Positions 18,023 to 28,002 of a stretch of 64,000 nucleotides of DNA are shown piece after piece. The position numbers and the translations under genes were made by a program. Under the pieces are notes generated by a model. It saw only the letters and a program-made list of their open reading frames with translations. It made no database searches and was not told where the DNA came from. Source of the DNA: an uncultured bacterium (GTDB taxonomy: Bacteria; Patescibacteriota; Saccharimonadia; Saccharimonadales; DATKHC01); the NCBI GenBank assembly GCA_963699195.1, contig OY969420.1, positions 29,419 through 93,418 on the forward strand. The letters run 5' to 3'. The first letter of the stretch is position 1. The number at the start of each line of letters is the position of its first letter.

Positions 18023-21000
18023 CTAACCTACTTTAGGTTCTCGGTTAGTTAGATTTCCCGCATTGTCTATATATATAGTATCGTCTGCATCCGACGGTGG
18101 TATTGGATTATTTCTAGGTATCTTAAACTCTTCGTGTGGCTTACTGAAACTGTTGGTTGCAACCGGACTAGCTACTGCCGGGTCAACGGGTGGTGGTGGC
18201 TGAACAATTGGTTCAATTGGTTCTGTTGGAATTGTACTTTGGAATGGAGGTTGCGGATTCTGTTGTGTTAACGGGTTGGTTGCAGGTGTGGGCTGAAGCG
18301 GCGCTTGTTGCTCTGGTAACTGACTAGCATATGTTGGGCTCGCCTGAGGTTCTGGTTTATTCAAAACCGGTACTGAATCTGCATTATTAAATTGTGGATT
18401 ATACGGCTGAGATTGTACGGGAGGCTGATTATTAATAGGGGGCATAGGTGGTCTCGTGCCAGGAGTCTTCTGCTTCTTTTCAACCATTCGTCAAGGAAAG
18501 ATGACCCAGACTTGCGTACAGGTGGAGCTGATGGACCAGTTGGTGGATTATATGGAGGCTGAGGCTTATATGTCGGTGGGGCTGACCCACTAGGAGAAGA
18601 ACCAAACCTGGATAGCGGATCGGTTGTACCAAATGCTTTTGGAGCTTCTTTCGTAGCTAATCTACCAAATATCTTCTTTTCAACTTCTGCTTTTGGATGA
18701 CCATACTTAGCAGCAGATAGCTGTTTTAATGCATGGGCTAACTCAGCGTTTGGTTGGCCTAGTGCCGGCATAGTAGTCATACTAAATGCACTGAGTTGGT
18801 ACACCATTAATTAAGGTTCTAACAATCGTATTAAAGTTAGGTACCCTAAGTAGATCCTCACCCTCAAACAATGGCTGGAAGTATTTAGCTAATATGTCAA
18901 CATCATTTTGACCAACCCTAAAGGCAATTATGGTACCCATATTTCCAAATACAGCATCTCTAATTTCATCAGATAACTGAGTAGTAAACTGGTTGGCTAC
19001 AACTAAGTTAAGGTGGTATTTACGAGCTTCGGACATGATTGTCGCAAATGAGTCTGTTGAGAAGTTTTGAAACTCATCTACATATAAACAAAAGTCTTTT
19101 CGCTCTGATTCTGGAATATTGGATCTACTCATAGCAGCTGCTTGGAACTTCATAACAAATACCATACCTAGAAGTTTAGAATTCAGCTCCCAGTCTTACC
19201 CTTACTAAGGTTAACTAGAAGTATTTTGCCTTCATCCATAACTTCTCTAAGATCAAAAGCACTCTTGGTTTGACCAATGATGTTACGCATCATTTCATTA
19301 CTTAAGAATGCTCCAAACTTACTAACAAACCAGCTAGTTACCTCACCAAATTCATTAGATCTTTGAGACTGAGGCATTTCTTTCTGCCAAAATTCAAGAC
19401 ATTTGGATCTGTAACATACTGTAAGTTTCTGTTTAACAAATGCTGGGTCTCTAAATAATTTAGGTATATCAATAAAGGTTCCACCAGCTGGATCAGCCAT
19501 TACTGTCAGTGCGGCATTTCTAAATAAATGCTCATAGCGAGGACCCATAATACCCTGATGCTGTGGGTCATAAAGCTTATATAGCATGTTTAGGGCTTCT
19601 TGAACTAAGAAATCTTTTTGGTCACTATTCTTATATTCAAACAGGTTTAAGACCGAGCGGGATAGTCTGTTTCAGCGGGAGAGAAATATATTACGTCCTC
19701 TGTTCTTTCCTTTGGTACCATAGCGAAGAATTTGTCTGCTACGTCACCATGTGGATCAACAAAAGCAAAGCCACCACCACTCAACATGTCTTGAAGTGCT
19801 AGGTTTTCTAGGAAGGTAGACTTTCCAGTACCTGTTTGACCAACTACATAAACGTGACGCTGTCTATCCGTTAGATCTAGTCTAACTGGCTTTTTTACAC
19901 CCCTAAATAAGTTATATCCAAGTAATAGACCATGTTCAGGTATGTTCCGTGGTCCATCAACTTGTTTTGATTCCTGCCTATCAAGTTGTGATGTAGGAAT
20001 ATTTTTTCTATCGGGAAAGTGAAATAGAGTGGCAAGTTCAACAGAATTTAGAATATTCTTATTATTTTCAGGCGGGAAAAATCTAAGTAATATATGCGGT
20101 GACAAACCTCTCCATATCTTTAGCAACTGTATATTTGAAGCCATTTTTACCTGGAGAGTCATATAAGGCAAAGCTCGACGACAATGTTTCGTAAGAATAG
20201 TTTGAGCCTTTTGACTAATATTTGAGGATGCTACTACTCTAATAAGTACTTCAAAACCAGGATATTTAACTTTATCTTCAATTGCATCACTTACACTTTG
20301 ATCTAAATTAGATACTTTATCTCCTTAGGTGGGTTCTGCCGCTTTATTGATCTGCTGCAGCATCCAATAATTTGATTTAACAAGCCCTAACCCTTTTTGC
20401 AGCAGGTGGTTTTTTGCCGCCTTGTACCGTGACGTTTATTGGCTGCAACTCACAGATGCAATTTTACGCCAACTCGGATTAGCTGGCCTAATGAGAATTT
20501 GGATACCCGCACCATCATCTTTATCTAGTGAGGAAAGGCATTTAGTAGTGATTGCATTGGATCACGTTTAATATCTTGGAATGTTGCTATAGGGTAAGCA
20601 AAAGGTTCCTCTTAAGGTTCATCTCACCACCTATAGTTCCACTTATTTTTCCAATTGGACTAAATATATTAGATTCAGATACTTCTTCTAGTCTGGCGGT
20701 TGGATATGCGCTAACTACAGCTTGCTTAACTACATCAACTAAGGCTACCGGTACAGCAGCATAGAAGTTTACTAAGCCCCTTGGTACAGACAATTTCAAA
20801 TGAAAAATGTCTTTGACCATAAAACTTAGATTTGAAATCTTTTTTAAATGTACTGGCAATAATACTGTATAAAATTTGAGCCTTTGATATATTTTCATCA
20901 TCAACATCTCTAGCATCTCTCCCCCGACATTTATATCTTCACTTGGCGGGTGGTAGCTGAATCAGTAACATGACCATTTTTAGGCCACGTTCATAATTTT

Positions 21001-21102
21001 TCTGTTCTCGTAAGTACTCTCCTAGCCTGAAAAAAAACAATAGGGGCACCTATCATTAAAATTACACCGATTACTATTATTACTGGTTATTAAAGCGGCC
21101 AT
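18023..21102 (-). CDS. VirD4/TraG-like (type IV coupling-protein-like) P-loop ATPase with N-terminal TM segment and Pro/Gln-rich tail, frameshifted
   Basis: Walker A VVGQTGTGKST, Walker B LYVDEFQNF and ARKYHLNLVVANQ are spread over track ORFs 19647..20171 and 18782..19165. The tail ORFs 18023..18807 are low-complexity P/Q/N sequence. Confidence 0.6.
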
Positions 21103-21112
21103 TTGTTACTCG

Positions 21113-21444
21113 TTATCAATCTTTAAATTAGTGTGGAATCTCTTACTTTGATAATCATCTGCGTATTTTTTTTATTTCATTAGTTTGCTCATATGGATCA
21201 TTTTTGGTTTGTTCTACAATTGCCTTAGCTTTAACGACCCAGGCTTTTTCAATTAAATCCACGTCATCGTTGCTGGTAAATTATCCGTAACTGTTATCTT
21301 TCTAGGAGTTGAGCTGTAGTTTGGGGCAGGATTAACAGTTTGACGATGGATCTATAGTATTGGCTGCTGACTAATTGTGTTGGGCAGTTAGATATTGCTA
21401 ATGCGGCTTACTAGTAGCGTTTTTCTCCACGGCTCTTGCCATAG
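21113..21444 (-). CDS. small hypothetical protein, frameshifted
   Basis: Shifted frames read ..DDVDLIEKAWVVKAKAIVEQTKNDPYEQTNE.. No motif recognised. Confidence 0.3.
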
Positions 21445-21505
21445 AGTGTTCTCCGTATTATTTGTCGACACCGATTCATAAAGCTCGATTACCACGTTGT
21501 TCGGC

Positions 21506-21931
21506 TCAGGTTGAACCTCTGGAATTTAAATGGTGCTGATTCGTTATTTGCTTGAAAATTGATCCATATCTAATCTTTATTATATAGCTAGAGCCTATAC
21601 ACATCAATTTCTTATGACTTATCATATTTAAGTTATTTAGGTTTTTAGAAAATCTACCTTTAAGTAAATACCAGGATATACATATAACTATCACAGATAG
21701 AAAGAATAATATCTCTAAAAGTAAATGGTTTATTGAAGCTAATACAATTAATAGAACTGGTACAAGTGCAATAATTCCGGAAATTAACGTACATTCTAGT
21801 TTTTGATATCCGTTCTTGCTCTTTAATTTTCTTAAGAATACAGATATAACAGTTACATAAATTATTAGAAACAGTAATAATACAGGTAGTATAAGTAATG
21901 GTATAGATAAATTCTGAGGGTTTGTAAACAA
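21506..21931 (-). CDS. hypothetical multi-pass membrane protein
   Basis: The 141-aa ORF has 3-4 hydrophobic helices. The region is AT-rich, so this call is weak. Confidence 0.35.
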   Translation of the reverse strand: MFTNPQNLSIPLLILPVLLLFLIIYVTVISVFLRKLKSKNGYQKLECTLISGIIALVPVLLIVLASINHLLLEILFFLSVIVICISWYLLKGRFSKNLNNLNMISHKKLMCIGSSYIIKIRYGSIFKQITNQHHLNSRGST

Positions 21932-22030
21932 ATATAAACAGAGGTAAACTCAAATAAAGCTACTACTAATAGAATATTTTTCTTATTTTTTTAGGCTTAA
22001 TTTTTAAGCATATATTACTATTATCCCACA

Positions 22031-22233
22031 ATAAATAAAAATCGTACTTAGAGAAGTACGATTTGCTCTCAATATAAAAATAAAGTGTTCATGGTAGGCC
22101 GGGCAATAAATCCGCTCAATATTAAAAATTAAATAGCGCTTATCGCCCTAAGCCTTAACTGACCGCTCTCTTACGAGAGCGTTATCGACTTAAATTAAGT
22201 CATAGTTTGTTATGTTTTTTGTTTTTTACGCAC
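22031..22233 (-). ncRNA. candidate ~200-nt small RNA (class unknown)
   Basis: Bounded by a consensus promoter (22240-22268) and a 10-bp perfect hairpin plus T-tract (22031-22063). It has an internal GNRA-capped stem CGCTCTC-GTAA-GAGAGCG and no ORF. Confidence 0.4.
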
Positions 22234-22239
22234 GACAAA

Positions 22240-22268
22240 ATATTAGCACTTTAAATAAGTATAGTCAA
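22240..22268 (-). promoter_or_regulatory. sigma70-type promoter TTGACT-17-TAATAT
   Basis: Exact hexamers and spacing, read on the minus strand. Confidence 0.55.
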
Positions 22269-22824
22269 TATATTTTTATTGTAGTAACTACATCGTTTAA
22301 ACTGTTAATCTATAAATTATTAATCTATTAATATGTAAATATTAGTTGTTGTGAATACTATGATTTCAATTATAAATTTGTACATTATTAGCGAACAAAA
22401 TACGAATATATGTATACGTCTTTGCCAGCTATTATTTATAACAATCACCATAATTCTACGTTACCTTTGCATTTAAACAACTCCAAAATTATTGGATTAT
22501 TTAAACTATTAAAAGCCCAAATTGAATTTATGTGTTGTTATTATGAAATACAAATAAAAATATAAAAGTATTGAGCTTATTATATTATTTAGACTTATTA
22601 GTCGGAATTCCACTAATTAATATATTGAATAATTAGGTCTTACATAATTGTGTTACAAATTCCAAGACATTTATATAAAATTTTTATAATAAAATACTAA
22701 ATACGCTTAAAAATATTAAATAAAGTTTTTATAAAAGTCATAATTTCAGCCTTCTTATAACAGTTACGGTTTTATAAAATTATAATTAATGTGCATAAAA
22801 TATTATTTTTTTAACATAATCGTG

Positions 22825-22854
22825 TTGACAATAGTAAAATCATTGGATTAATAT
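22825..22854 (+). promoter_or_regulatory. sigma70-type promoter TTGACA-18-TAATAT
   Basis: Consensus -35 hexamer and a near-consensus -10 hexamer. Confidence 0.55.
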
Positions 22855-22860
22855 ATGGTA

Positions 22861-23036
22861 GCGCTTGAATAAAAAAAGTGCTCAAAAACAAAAAAGACCT
22901 CGTAACAACGGCTTCTCGCAAGCCGTTGTTCCTTAACAAAAACCGAAACAATAAAGCCGAAAATAAATACTATAAACTTATAAACAAACACTTAAAAATA
23001 ACCTGCTAAGAATATCACGATGGCAGGTTATTTTTT
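22861..23036 (+). ncRNA. candidate ~175-nt small RNA or attenuating leader upstream of infC-rpmI-rplT
   Basis: Starts after the promoter at 22825-22854. Contains an 11-bp stem AACAACGGCTT/AAGCCGTTGTT and ends in the 10-bp stem AATAACCTGC/GCAGGTTATT followed by a T-run. No ORF. Confidence 0.4.
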
Positions 23037-23121
23037 ATTGGTTAAAGAATGTTAAATTCTGTAGTTCGATATATTGCCATTGATTACCAGTTCCACTCTG
23101 TACTCATATAGAAACTTAAGC

Positions 23122-23151
23122 TTGAAATATTGTGCTGTTATCTGTTATATT
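23122..23151 (+). promoter_or_regulatory. possible infC operon promoter TTGAAA-18-TATATT
   Basis: Hexamers about 40 nt upstream of the infC SD. Confidence 0.4.
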
Positions 23152-23189
23152 ATTGAAAGTGAATAGTAATGTGATTAAGGAGAAAATTC

Positions 23190-23719
23190 ATAGACAAGAA
23201 CGTCCGCCTGAATGGGAGTATTCGGGCAGCTAATCTTCGCGTTATCGACGAGAATGGTGATCAATTAGGAGTACTAAGTCGTGAAGAAGCTCTTAAGTTA
23301 GCTGAACAACATGAACTTGATTTGGTTGAGATTTCACCTAATGCTAATCCGCCTGTAGCTAAAATTGTTGATTGGGGAAAATATAATTACCAAAGAACTA
23401 AGCAGCTACAGAAGAATAAGCGAAACACTAAATCTTTAGAAATTAAACAAATCAGATTTGGTCTAAAGATTAGTGATCATGACCTAGGCGTAAAGCTTAA
23501 AAAAGCAAATGACTTTCTAGAGACTGGTCATAAGGTAAGTTTACGTTATTCTATAGAGGCAGAGAGCTTGCACATAAAGAATTAGGCTTTAAACTAGCAG
23601 ACAAAGTCATCGAGAATTTTGGAGATAAGATAGTAGTTGACCAGCAGCCACAACTTGCAGGAAAACAGTTAAATTTTGTTATAAGGAGTAATAATCGTGC
23701 CAAAGCTAAAGACGCATAG
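23190..23719 (+). CDS. infC: translation initiation factor IF-3, one frameshift near 23540
   Basis: ..NVRLNGSIRAANLRVIDENGDQLGVLSREEALKLAEQHELDLVEISPNANPPVAKIVDWGKYNY.. The in-frame codon 6 nt after the SD AAGGAGA is ATA. Confidence 0.8.
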
Positions 23720-23892
23720 CGGTACTAAAGATAGAGTCAGAGTCACCAAGAACGGTAAGGTTCTTAGCTAGACATTCTATGACTAATCACTTTTTAGAAA
23801 AGAAAAGTAATTCACGAAAGCGTAGGCTAGCTACAACTAAAAGTATTGTCGGTAAAAATAAGAAGATCATTAAGTTGAGGCTAGGAGTTTAG
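23697..23892 (+). CDS. rpmI: 50S ribosomal protein L35, frameshifted
   Basis: GTG start, VPKLKTHSGTKDRVRVTKNGKVL.. Continues in a shifted frame to ..KKIIKLRLGV*. Confidence 0.75.
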
Positions 23893-23893
23893 T

Positions 23894-24240
23894 ATGCGAG
23901 TAAAAAGAGGAGTTGCAGCCCACAAGAAACACAATAAAATTCGTCTAGCAGACGAAGGGTATGACACGATCTAACCGATCAAGTGTACGTAGAGGCCGAC
24001 AAGCTACAACTAAAGCCTTACAGTTCGCCTATCGTGACCGACGAAACAGAAAACGAACAATGAGAAGCCTATGGAATGCTAGAATTAATGCAGCTGCCAG
24101 AATAAATGGTACAACTTACAGTCGCTTCATTGCTAATTTAAAGAAGTCTAACATTACAATTAGATCGAAAAATACTAAGCGAGTTAGCCGTAAACGAACC
24201 TGCTAGTTTTAAGGCAATCGTTGAAGCTTCAACTAAATAA
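23894..24240 (+). CDS. rplT: 50S ribosomal protein L20, frameshifted
   Basis: [15 protein letters not shown].., then track ORF 23961..24206 ([48 protein letters not shown]). Confidence 0.8.
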
Positions 24241-24266
24241 TATAATTGCCACATCGAAAATAAAAG

Positions 24267-24290
24267 CCACCAGATTATCGGTGGTTTTTT
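24267..24290 (+). terminator. intrinsic terminator after rplT
   Basis: CCACC-loop-GGTGG followed by TTTTTT. Confidence 0.6.
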
Positions 24291-24298
24291 AATTATGC

Positions 24299-24655
24299 TA
24301 GGCCAGATTATCTATAAGCCGGGTTCTGTCGTAGACTAATCATCTATCTAGTTCTAACGTTGCCATTAGAATCGAGCGGATAAAATTGACGATGCGGTGA
24401 GCGGGAAACCATTCGAAATTCGATATGCACCATCTCCTTGCAGCGGACAGGGTTTACCACTTTTACTGGTCACCCAGTAAAACTGTGGGCTCTTACCCCA
24501 CTCTTTTCACCCTTACCGTAAATGGCGGTCTTGTTTCTGTGACACTTTCCCTAGGATCACTCCCGGTTGCCGTTAGCAACTGTCCTTCCCTATGCTGCCC
24601 GGACTTTCCTCTTATCTACATAGTAGACAAGCGATTAGTCAATAATCTGGCCAGG
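24299..24655 (-). ncRNA. rnpB: RNase P RNA (bacterial type A)
   Basis: The minus strand contains GAGGAAAGTCCGGGCAG, GGTAAGGGTGAAAAGAGTGGGGTAAGAGCCCACAG and ACGACAGAACCCGGCTTATAG. The ends pair as P1 (GGCCAGATTAT/ATAATCTGGCC). Confidence 0.85.
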
Positions 24656-24673
24656 GGTAATTATACCTTAAAA

Positions 24674-25414
24674 CTAAGTAATACCTAAAGCATCATCTAA
24701 ACAGATGTTAACCTGTTCATCCGCTAATTTGTTGTATGCTCTTAGGACGTGAGTAAATGTAACCTGATCGAACTGGGTTACTAAGTCCTTAATGTCTCTA
24801 TAAATTGGGTAGAGTGCTTCGTTTTTAATCTTGAACTTACCATTTATCTGATTTACGACCAGTAAGCTGTCCATATATACGTCAACCGTCTTGGCGTGCA
24901 TGGCTAGAGCGTCCTGAAGTGCAAACTTAATTGATTTATATTCAGCCTGATTATTTGTCGTCACCCCCAAATAGACACCGTTTGCCTTTATTAACTGATC
25001 GTCTTCGGTTAATAGGACATACCCCGAAGCCGAAGGACCTGGGTTACCCCTTGAACCACCATCCGCATATATCTTTAACCTTGTGGTGTCTAGATCAGAG
25101 TTGTTACTCAAGCTTTTAGGTTCATCATATTTCTCATATTTAAAAGTTAATAACTTTAGGTGGTCATCGGCTGAGAGATCGATGTCATCCGATATTATAA
25201 GTGACCTCACGTCTTCTGAAGGATCGGATGATAGCTTGGCGACGTTGACCGACTCAACTACAGCCTTCCCGAATGCTACATTCTCATCGTTAAAGAATTC
25301 TAATTGATCATCTACTGATATATCATCTTTATCATTAACGAGAGCAACTTTAGTTGTTTTACCACTATTTATACTATCAAGTAAGCTATCTTTGATTTTT
25401 AAAAATTTCATCAA
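24674..25414 (-). CDS. RNase HI-family protein with an extra ~120-aa N-terminal domain
   Basis: The C-terminal half reads YADGGSRGNPGPSASGYV..NNQAEY..VYMDS..KLADEQ (DEDD catalytic pattern). Confidence 0.75.
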   Translation of the reverse strand: MMKFLKIKDSLLDSINSGKTTKVALVNDKDDISVDDQLEFFNDENVAFGKAVVESVNVAKLSSDPSEDVRSLIISDDIDLSADDHLKLLTFKYEKYDEPKSLSNNSDLDTTRLKIYADGGSRGNPGPSASGYVLLTEDDQLIKANGVYLGVTTNNQAEYKSIKFALQDALAMHAKTVDVYMDSLLVVNQINGKFKIKNEALYPIYRDIKDLVTQFDQVTFTHVLRAYNKLADEQVNICLDDALGIT

Positions 25415-25464
25415 TTACTATTCTAACCTAGATTCAATTAGTTTATTCTATGTTAAGTCATTAT

Positions 25465-25541
25465 CGGGGTGTGGCGCAGTTGGCTAGCGCGTACGGCTGG
25501 GGGCCGTGAGGTCGCAGGTTCAAGTCCTGTCACCCCGACCA
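25465..25541 (+). tRNA. tRNA-Pro(GGG)
   Basis: Acceptor CGGGGTG/CACCCCG, anticodon loop CTGGGGG, T-loop TTCAAGT, encoded CCA. Confidence 0.9.
25518..25534 (+). repeat. att-like direct repeat (inside the tRNA-Pro T-arm/acceptor)
   Basis: GTTCAAGTCCTGTCACC. Confidence 0.6.
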
Positions 25542-27115
25542 GATGAGATTTTATGCATTTTGAAGTACGTTTTAAATGGTTCTCGTATCTGGTAATCAAC
25601 AACATTTTGATCGTCTACTGCTACGTTCAAGTATATTAAGCGAGCTATTCTGTCTTTTGCCGCAACATCCGCTGCTTTAAGGTATAAATCTGCGTTTCTT
25701 GTAACGTTCAAGAAGTCTTTGAAGCTCATCATATCCTCTTCAGGGCTTGTGAGTTGCTCTTGGTATGTACCTAGTTTGTTTAGTAAGTTATCTGATTGAA
25801 TATCTAACTCTTTAACACGAGTTTCATTTATTTTATAGATTGTACTTGAGGGATCTAAGTTAACAATCTTTAAGCTTCGGTTTTTAATTTCTTGTTCAAC
25901 ATTCTTTAGCGCACCTTGCGTCGAATGAATCTTAATTGTTAATTCTTGTTGTTTAGTACTATTGATGGAAGATAGCTTATTACAAAGTTGGTCGTAATCT
26001 TTTTGAGAAACCTTTATGTTTTTCAACATATCATACATAAAGTTAAAAATAACTATTGCCCTAACGGATTGGTGTAGTCTAAATTCTTTATTTTTTCTAA
26101 CACAATAAGGATTATCACAACGATAAGATAATATTCGTTTCTTTTCTATTTTACGCCCACTAAGTGGTGTTTGAGGATACATAGTCTTGTTGCAATAAGC
26201 ACAGATGACCATATTTATAAGTGGCTTAAACACTAGTCTTTTACGATCCTTAACAGACCTTCTACCAGATAGGCTTTGAACATAATTATAAGTATCCTCA
26301 TCCGTTGCGGGAGAAAAGTTGTAGTTAGGGAGGTCTCGAAGATCAATGCTCTTACCTTTTTGAATTAATATTCCATAGAAAAAGGGATCATCAAATACTC
26401 TGTCGCTTAGTATTTTGTCACTCATAAAAACCTTCTTGCCAGCTTTCTCGGCTTTGTCTTTGTATACTCGTGCATAGCCTTGTTTGTTCATGTGTGTGGC
26501 TATAGTCTTCAACGATTTACCGTCTTTGCGCATAATCCATGCTTCACTTATTAGTTCGAAGTTTTTGCCATCAGGACGATATATGCCCTCTTCAGTACGA
26601 ATATATCCATGTTTTGGTGTACCAGCCGACTTACCCTCTTTAAGCCCCTTTATTACCCCCCTTGTTACATCCTGTGATAATTTATCTGAATATTGTTTTG
26701 ATAAAACGAAAGCCATACCGAGAAGCATCTTGCCATTAGCGTCTGAGGTAAAGTGATGTGTAACAAACTTCATGTCCTTAATTATATTTTCATCAACCAT
26801 ATCTATAATCTCGCCACCCTCTTTCATATTTCTGGCTAAGCGATCAGGATTCCAAGCTAAGATTGCATCATATTTTTTATCTTGTATACCTTTTAGTATT
26901 TTATTAAATTCTGGTCTTTGATTGGGTTTTTTAGCAGATTTTTTCTCTTGGACTATTGCAGCAATTTTTATACCTAACCTTTTAGCCATAATTCTACATT
27001 CATCTATTTGATGATCTATTGTACGTATTTGTCGCTGAGGATCATCTGTTGATTTACGTGCATATAGAACATATTTCAATTTGGTAATATCTACCCGAGA
27101 GTCATCATCTTCCAT
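25520..27115 (-). CDS. large serine recombinase (integrase)
   Basis: 531 aa. Resolvase-type N-terminus YVLYARKSTDD..Q..ID.Q and WNPDRLARN, a recombinase domain, Cys motifs CAYC..CDNPYC and a coiled-coil C-terminus. The last 22 nt overlap tRNA-Pro antisense. Confidence 0.9.
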   Translation of the reverse strand: MEDDDSRVDITKLKYVLYARKSTDDPQRQIRTIDHQIDECRIMAKRLGIKIAAIVQEKKSAKKPNQRPEFNKILKGIQDKKYDAILAWNPDRLARNMKEGGEIIDMVDENIIKDMKFVTHHFTSDANGKMLLGMAFVLSKQYSDKLSQDVTRGVIKGLKEGKSAGTPKHGYIRTEEGIYRPDGKNFELISEAWIMRKDGKSLKTIATHMNKQGYARVYKDKAEKAGKKVFMSDKILSDRVFDDPFFYGILIQKGKSIDLRDLPNYNFSPATDEDTYNYVQSLSGRRSVKDRKRLVFKPLINMVICAYCNKTMYPQTPLSGRKIEKKRILSYRCDNPYCVRKNKEFRLHQSVRAIVIFNFMYDMLKNIKVSQKDYDQLCNKLSSINSTKQQELTIKIHSTQGALKNVEQEIKNRSLKIVNLDPSSTIYKINETRVKELDIQSDNLLNKLGTYQEQLTSPEEDMMSFKDFLNVTRNADLYLKAADVAAKDRIARLIYLNVAVDDQNVVDYQIREPFKTYFKMHKISSGRGDRT

Positions 27116-27157
27116 GAACTAATTGTACCTCAGTAAAAGAGTTATATTATTCATAGA

Positions 27158-27412
27158 TTATATTTCAATACGACCACCGTTATTATCTGTTATGGTAGTT
27201 TCGTTTAATTTTGCTAAAGGTGAATTTAAATCAATTTTAAGCATCTCGTCAATTAATATGGCTAGATTATCTATACCCTCATCTTCTACAAGTCTATGAG
27301 TTTGCTTATTAGAAAACTTTGGTGGTTCAGTAGGTATTTTATTCTTCATGGCACAGGGCTTCATTAAACCCTTGCCAAATTCAATGTTTGAACATATAAA
27401 AAAAATCGTCAA
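27158..27412 (-). CDS. small hypothetical protein (probable start at Met17, MKPCAMKNK..)
   Basis: Track ORF. Its annotated TTG start is actually the -35-like TTGACG of the repeated 14-mer. Confidence 0.4.
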   Translation of the reverse strand: MTIFFICSNIEFGKGLMKPCAMKNKIPTEPPKFSNKQTHRLVEDEGIDNLAILIDEMLKIDLNSPLAKLNETTITDNNGGRIEI

Positions 27413-27468
27413 GAACTACAAATGTCTAACAGTTTAGAAATGTAAATACTACAATAAATTACAGTTAT

Positions 27469-27963
27469 TTACTCAGTCATTACATAGTCTTCTTCCAAAT
27501 TATCGTCTTTGATTATCTCTCCATTAACATCGACGAGACCATATCCCCTAAGAATATCTCGTATCGGTCGATGCTGACATTGGCTCTTTAAGTCTTGGGA
27601 TGGTTTTCCAATACCTCTATCAAGAATTTCTTTGGCTGCAATAAATCTAATTCGATCATCACAGCTATCTAATAATTGCTCTAATACTTTAACCGCTTTT
27701 ATACTATTAAGTCTTACTACATTAACTGCAGCTTCTTTAGCTTCATCTGATAATTTACTTATATAGTCTTGATAATCATTTTTCCATTCTCTACTGAAGT
27801 ATGTAGCAACAGTTGCATATGGTGCGTCTATTGTCTCAGCAACTTTCTCAAGACATTCACCCCTGTACCTCATATTGAATGCTTCCGTTTTTTTGAGCTG
27901 GTTTGAGACTAGTTGAGGACTACCCATGATTAAGGATATTAGTTTATCGGTTCGAGTCGTCAA
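27469..27963 (-). CDS. HTH/terminase-small-subunit-like DNA-binding protein (probable start MGSPQL at 27927)
   Basis: The promoter TTGACG-16-TAATAT lies 8 nt before the ATG at 27927. The protein is helical with ..AAKEILDRGIGKP... Confidence 0.5.
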   Translation of the reverse strand: MTTRTDKLISLIMGSPQLVSNQLKKTEAFNMRYRGECLEKVAETIDAPYATVATYFSREWKNDYQDYISKLSDEAKEAAVNVVRLNSIKAVKVLEQLLDSCDDRIRFIAAKEILDRGIGKPSQDLKSQCQHRPIRDILRGYGLVDVNGEIIKDDNLEEDYVMTE

Positions 27964-28002
27964 GAACTACATAGCATTTTCATAAAGTGATAGGATAAAT
28001 AA

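Noticed and set aside
21960-23170. The 1.2-kb AT-rich gene desert as the chromosomal origin (oriC)
   Set aside because: I found no cluster of DnaA boxes (TTATCCACA/TGTGGATAA). There is only one 8/9 match, and no dnaA or dnaN gene is adjacent. Promoter-to-terminator units explain part of the region.
26484-26756. Antisense or overlapping track ORFs inside long CDSs (for example 5940..6230, 26484..26756, 29132..29350, 32059..32280, 35760..36041, 47057..47368, 47594..47878, 54978..55202, 59416..59649, 61042..61302)
   Set aside because: Each lies fully within a longer, motif-supported ORF on the other strand or frame. They show low-complexity composition and have no start context.
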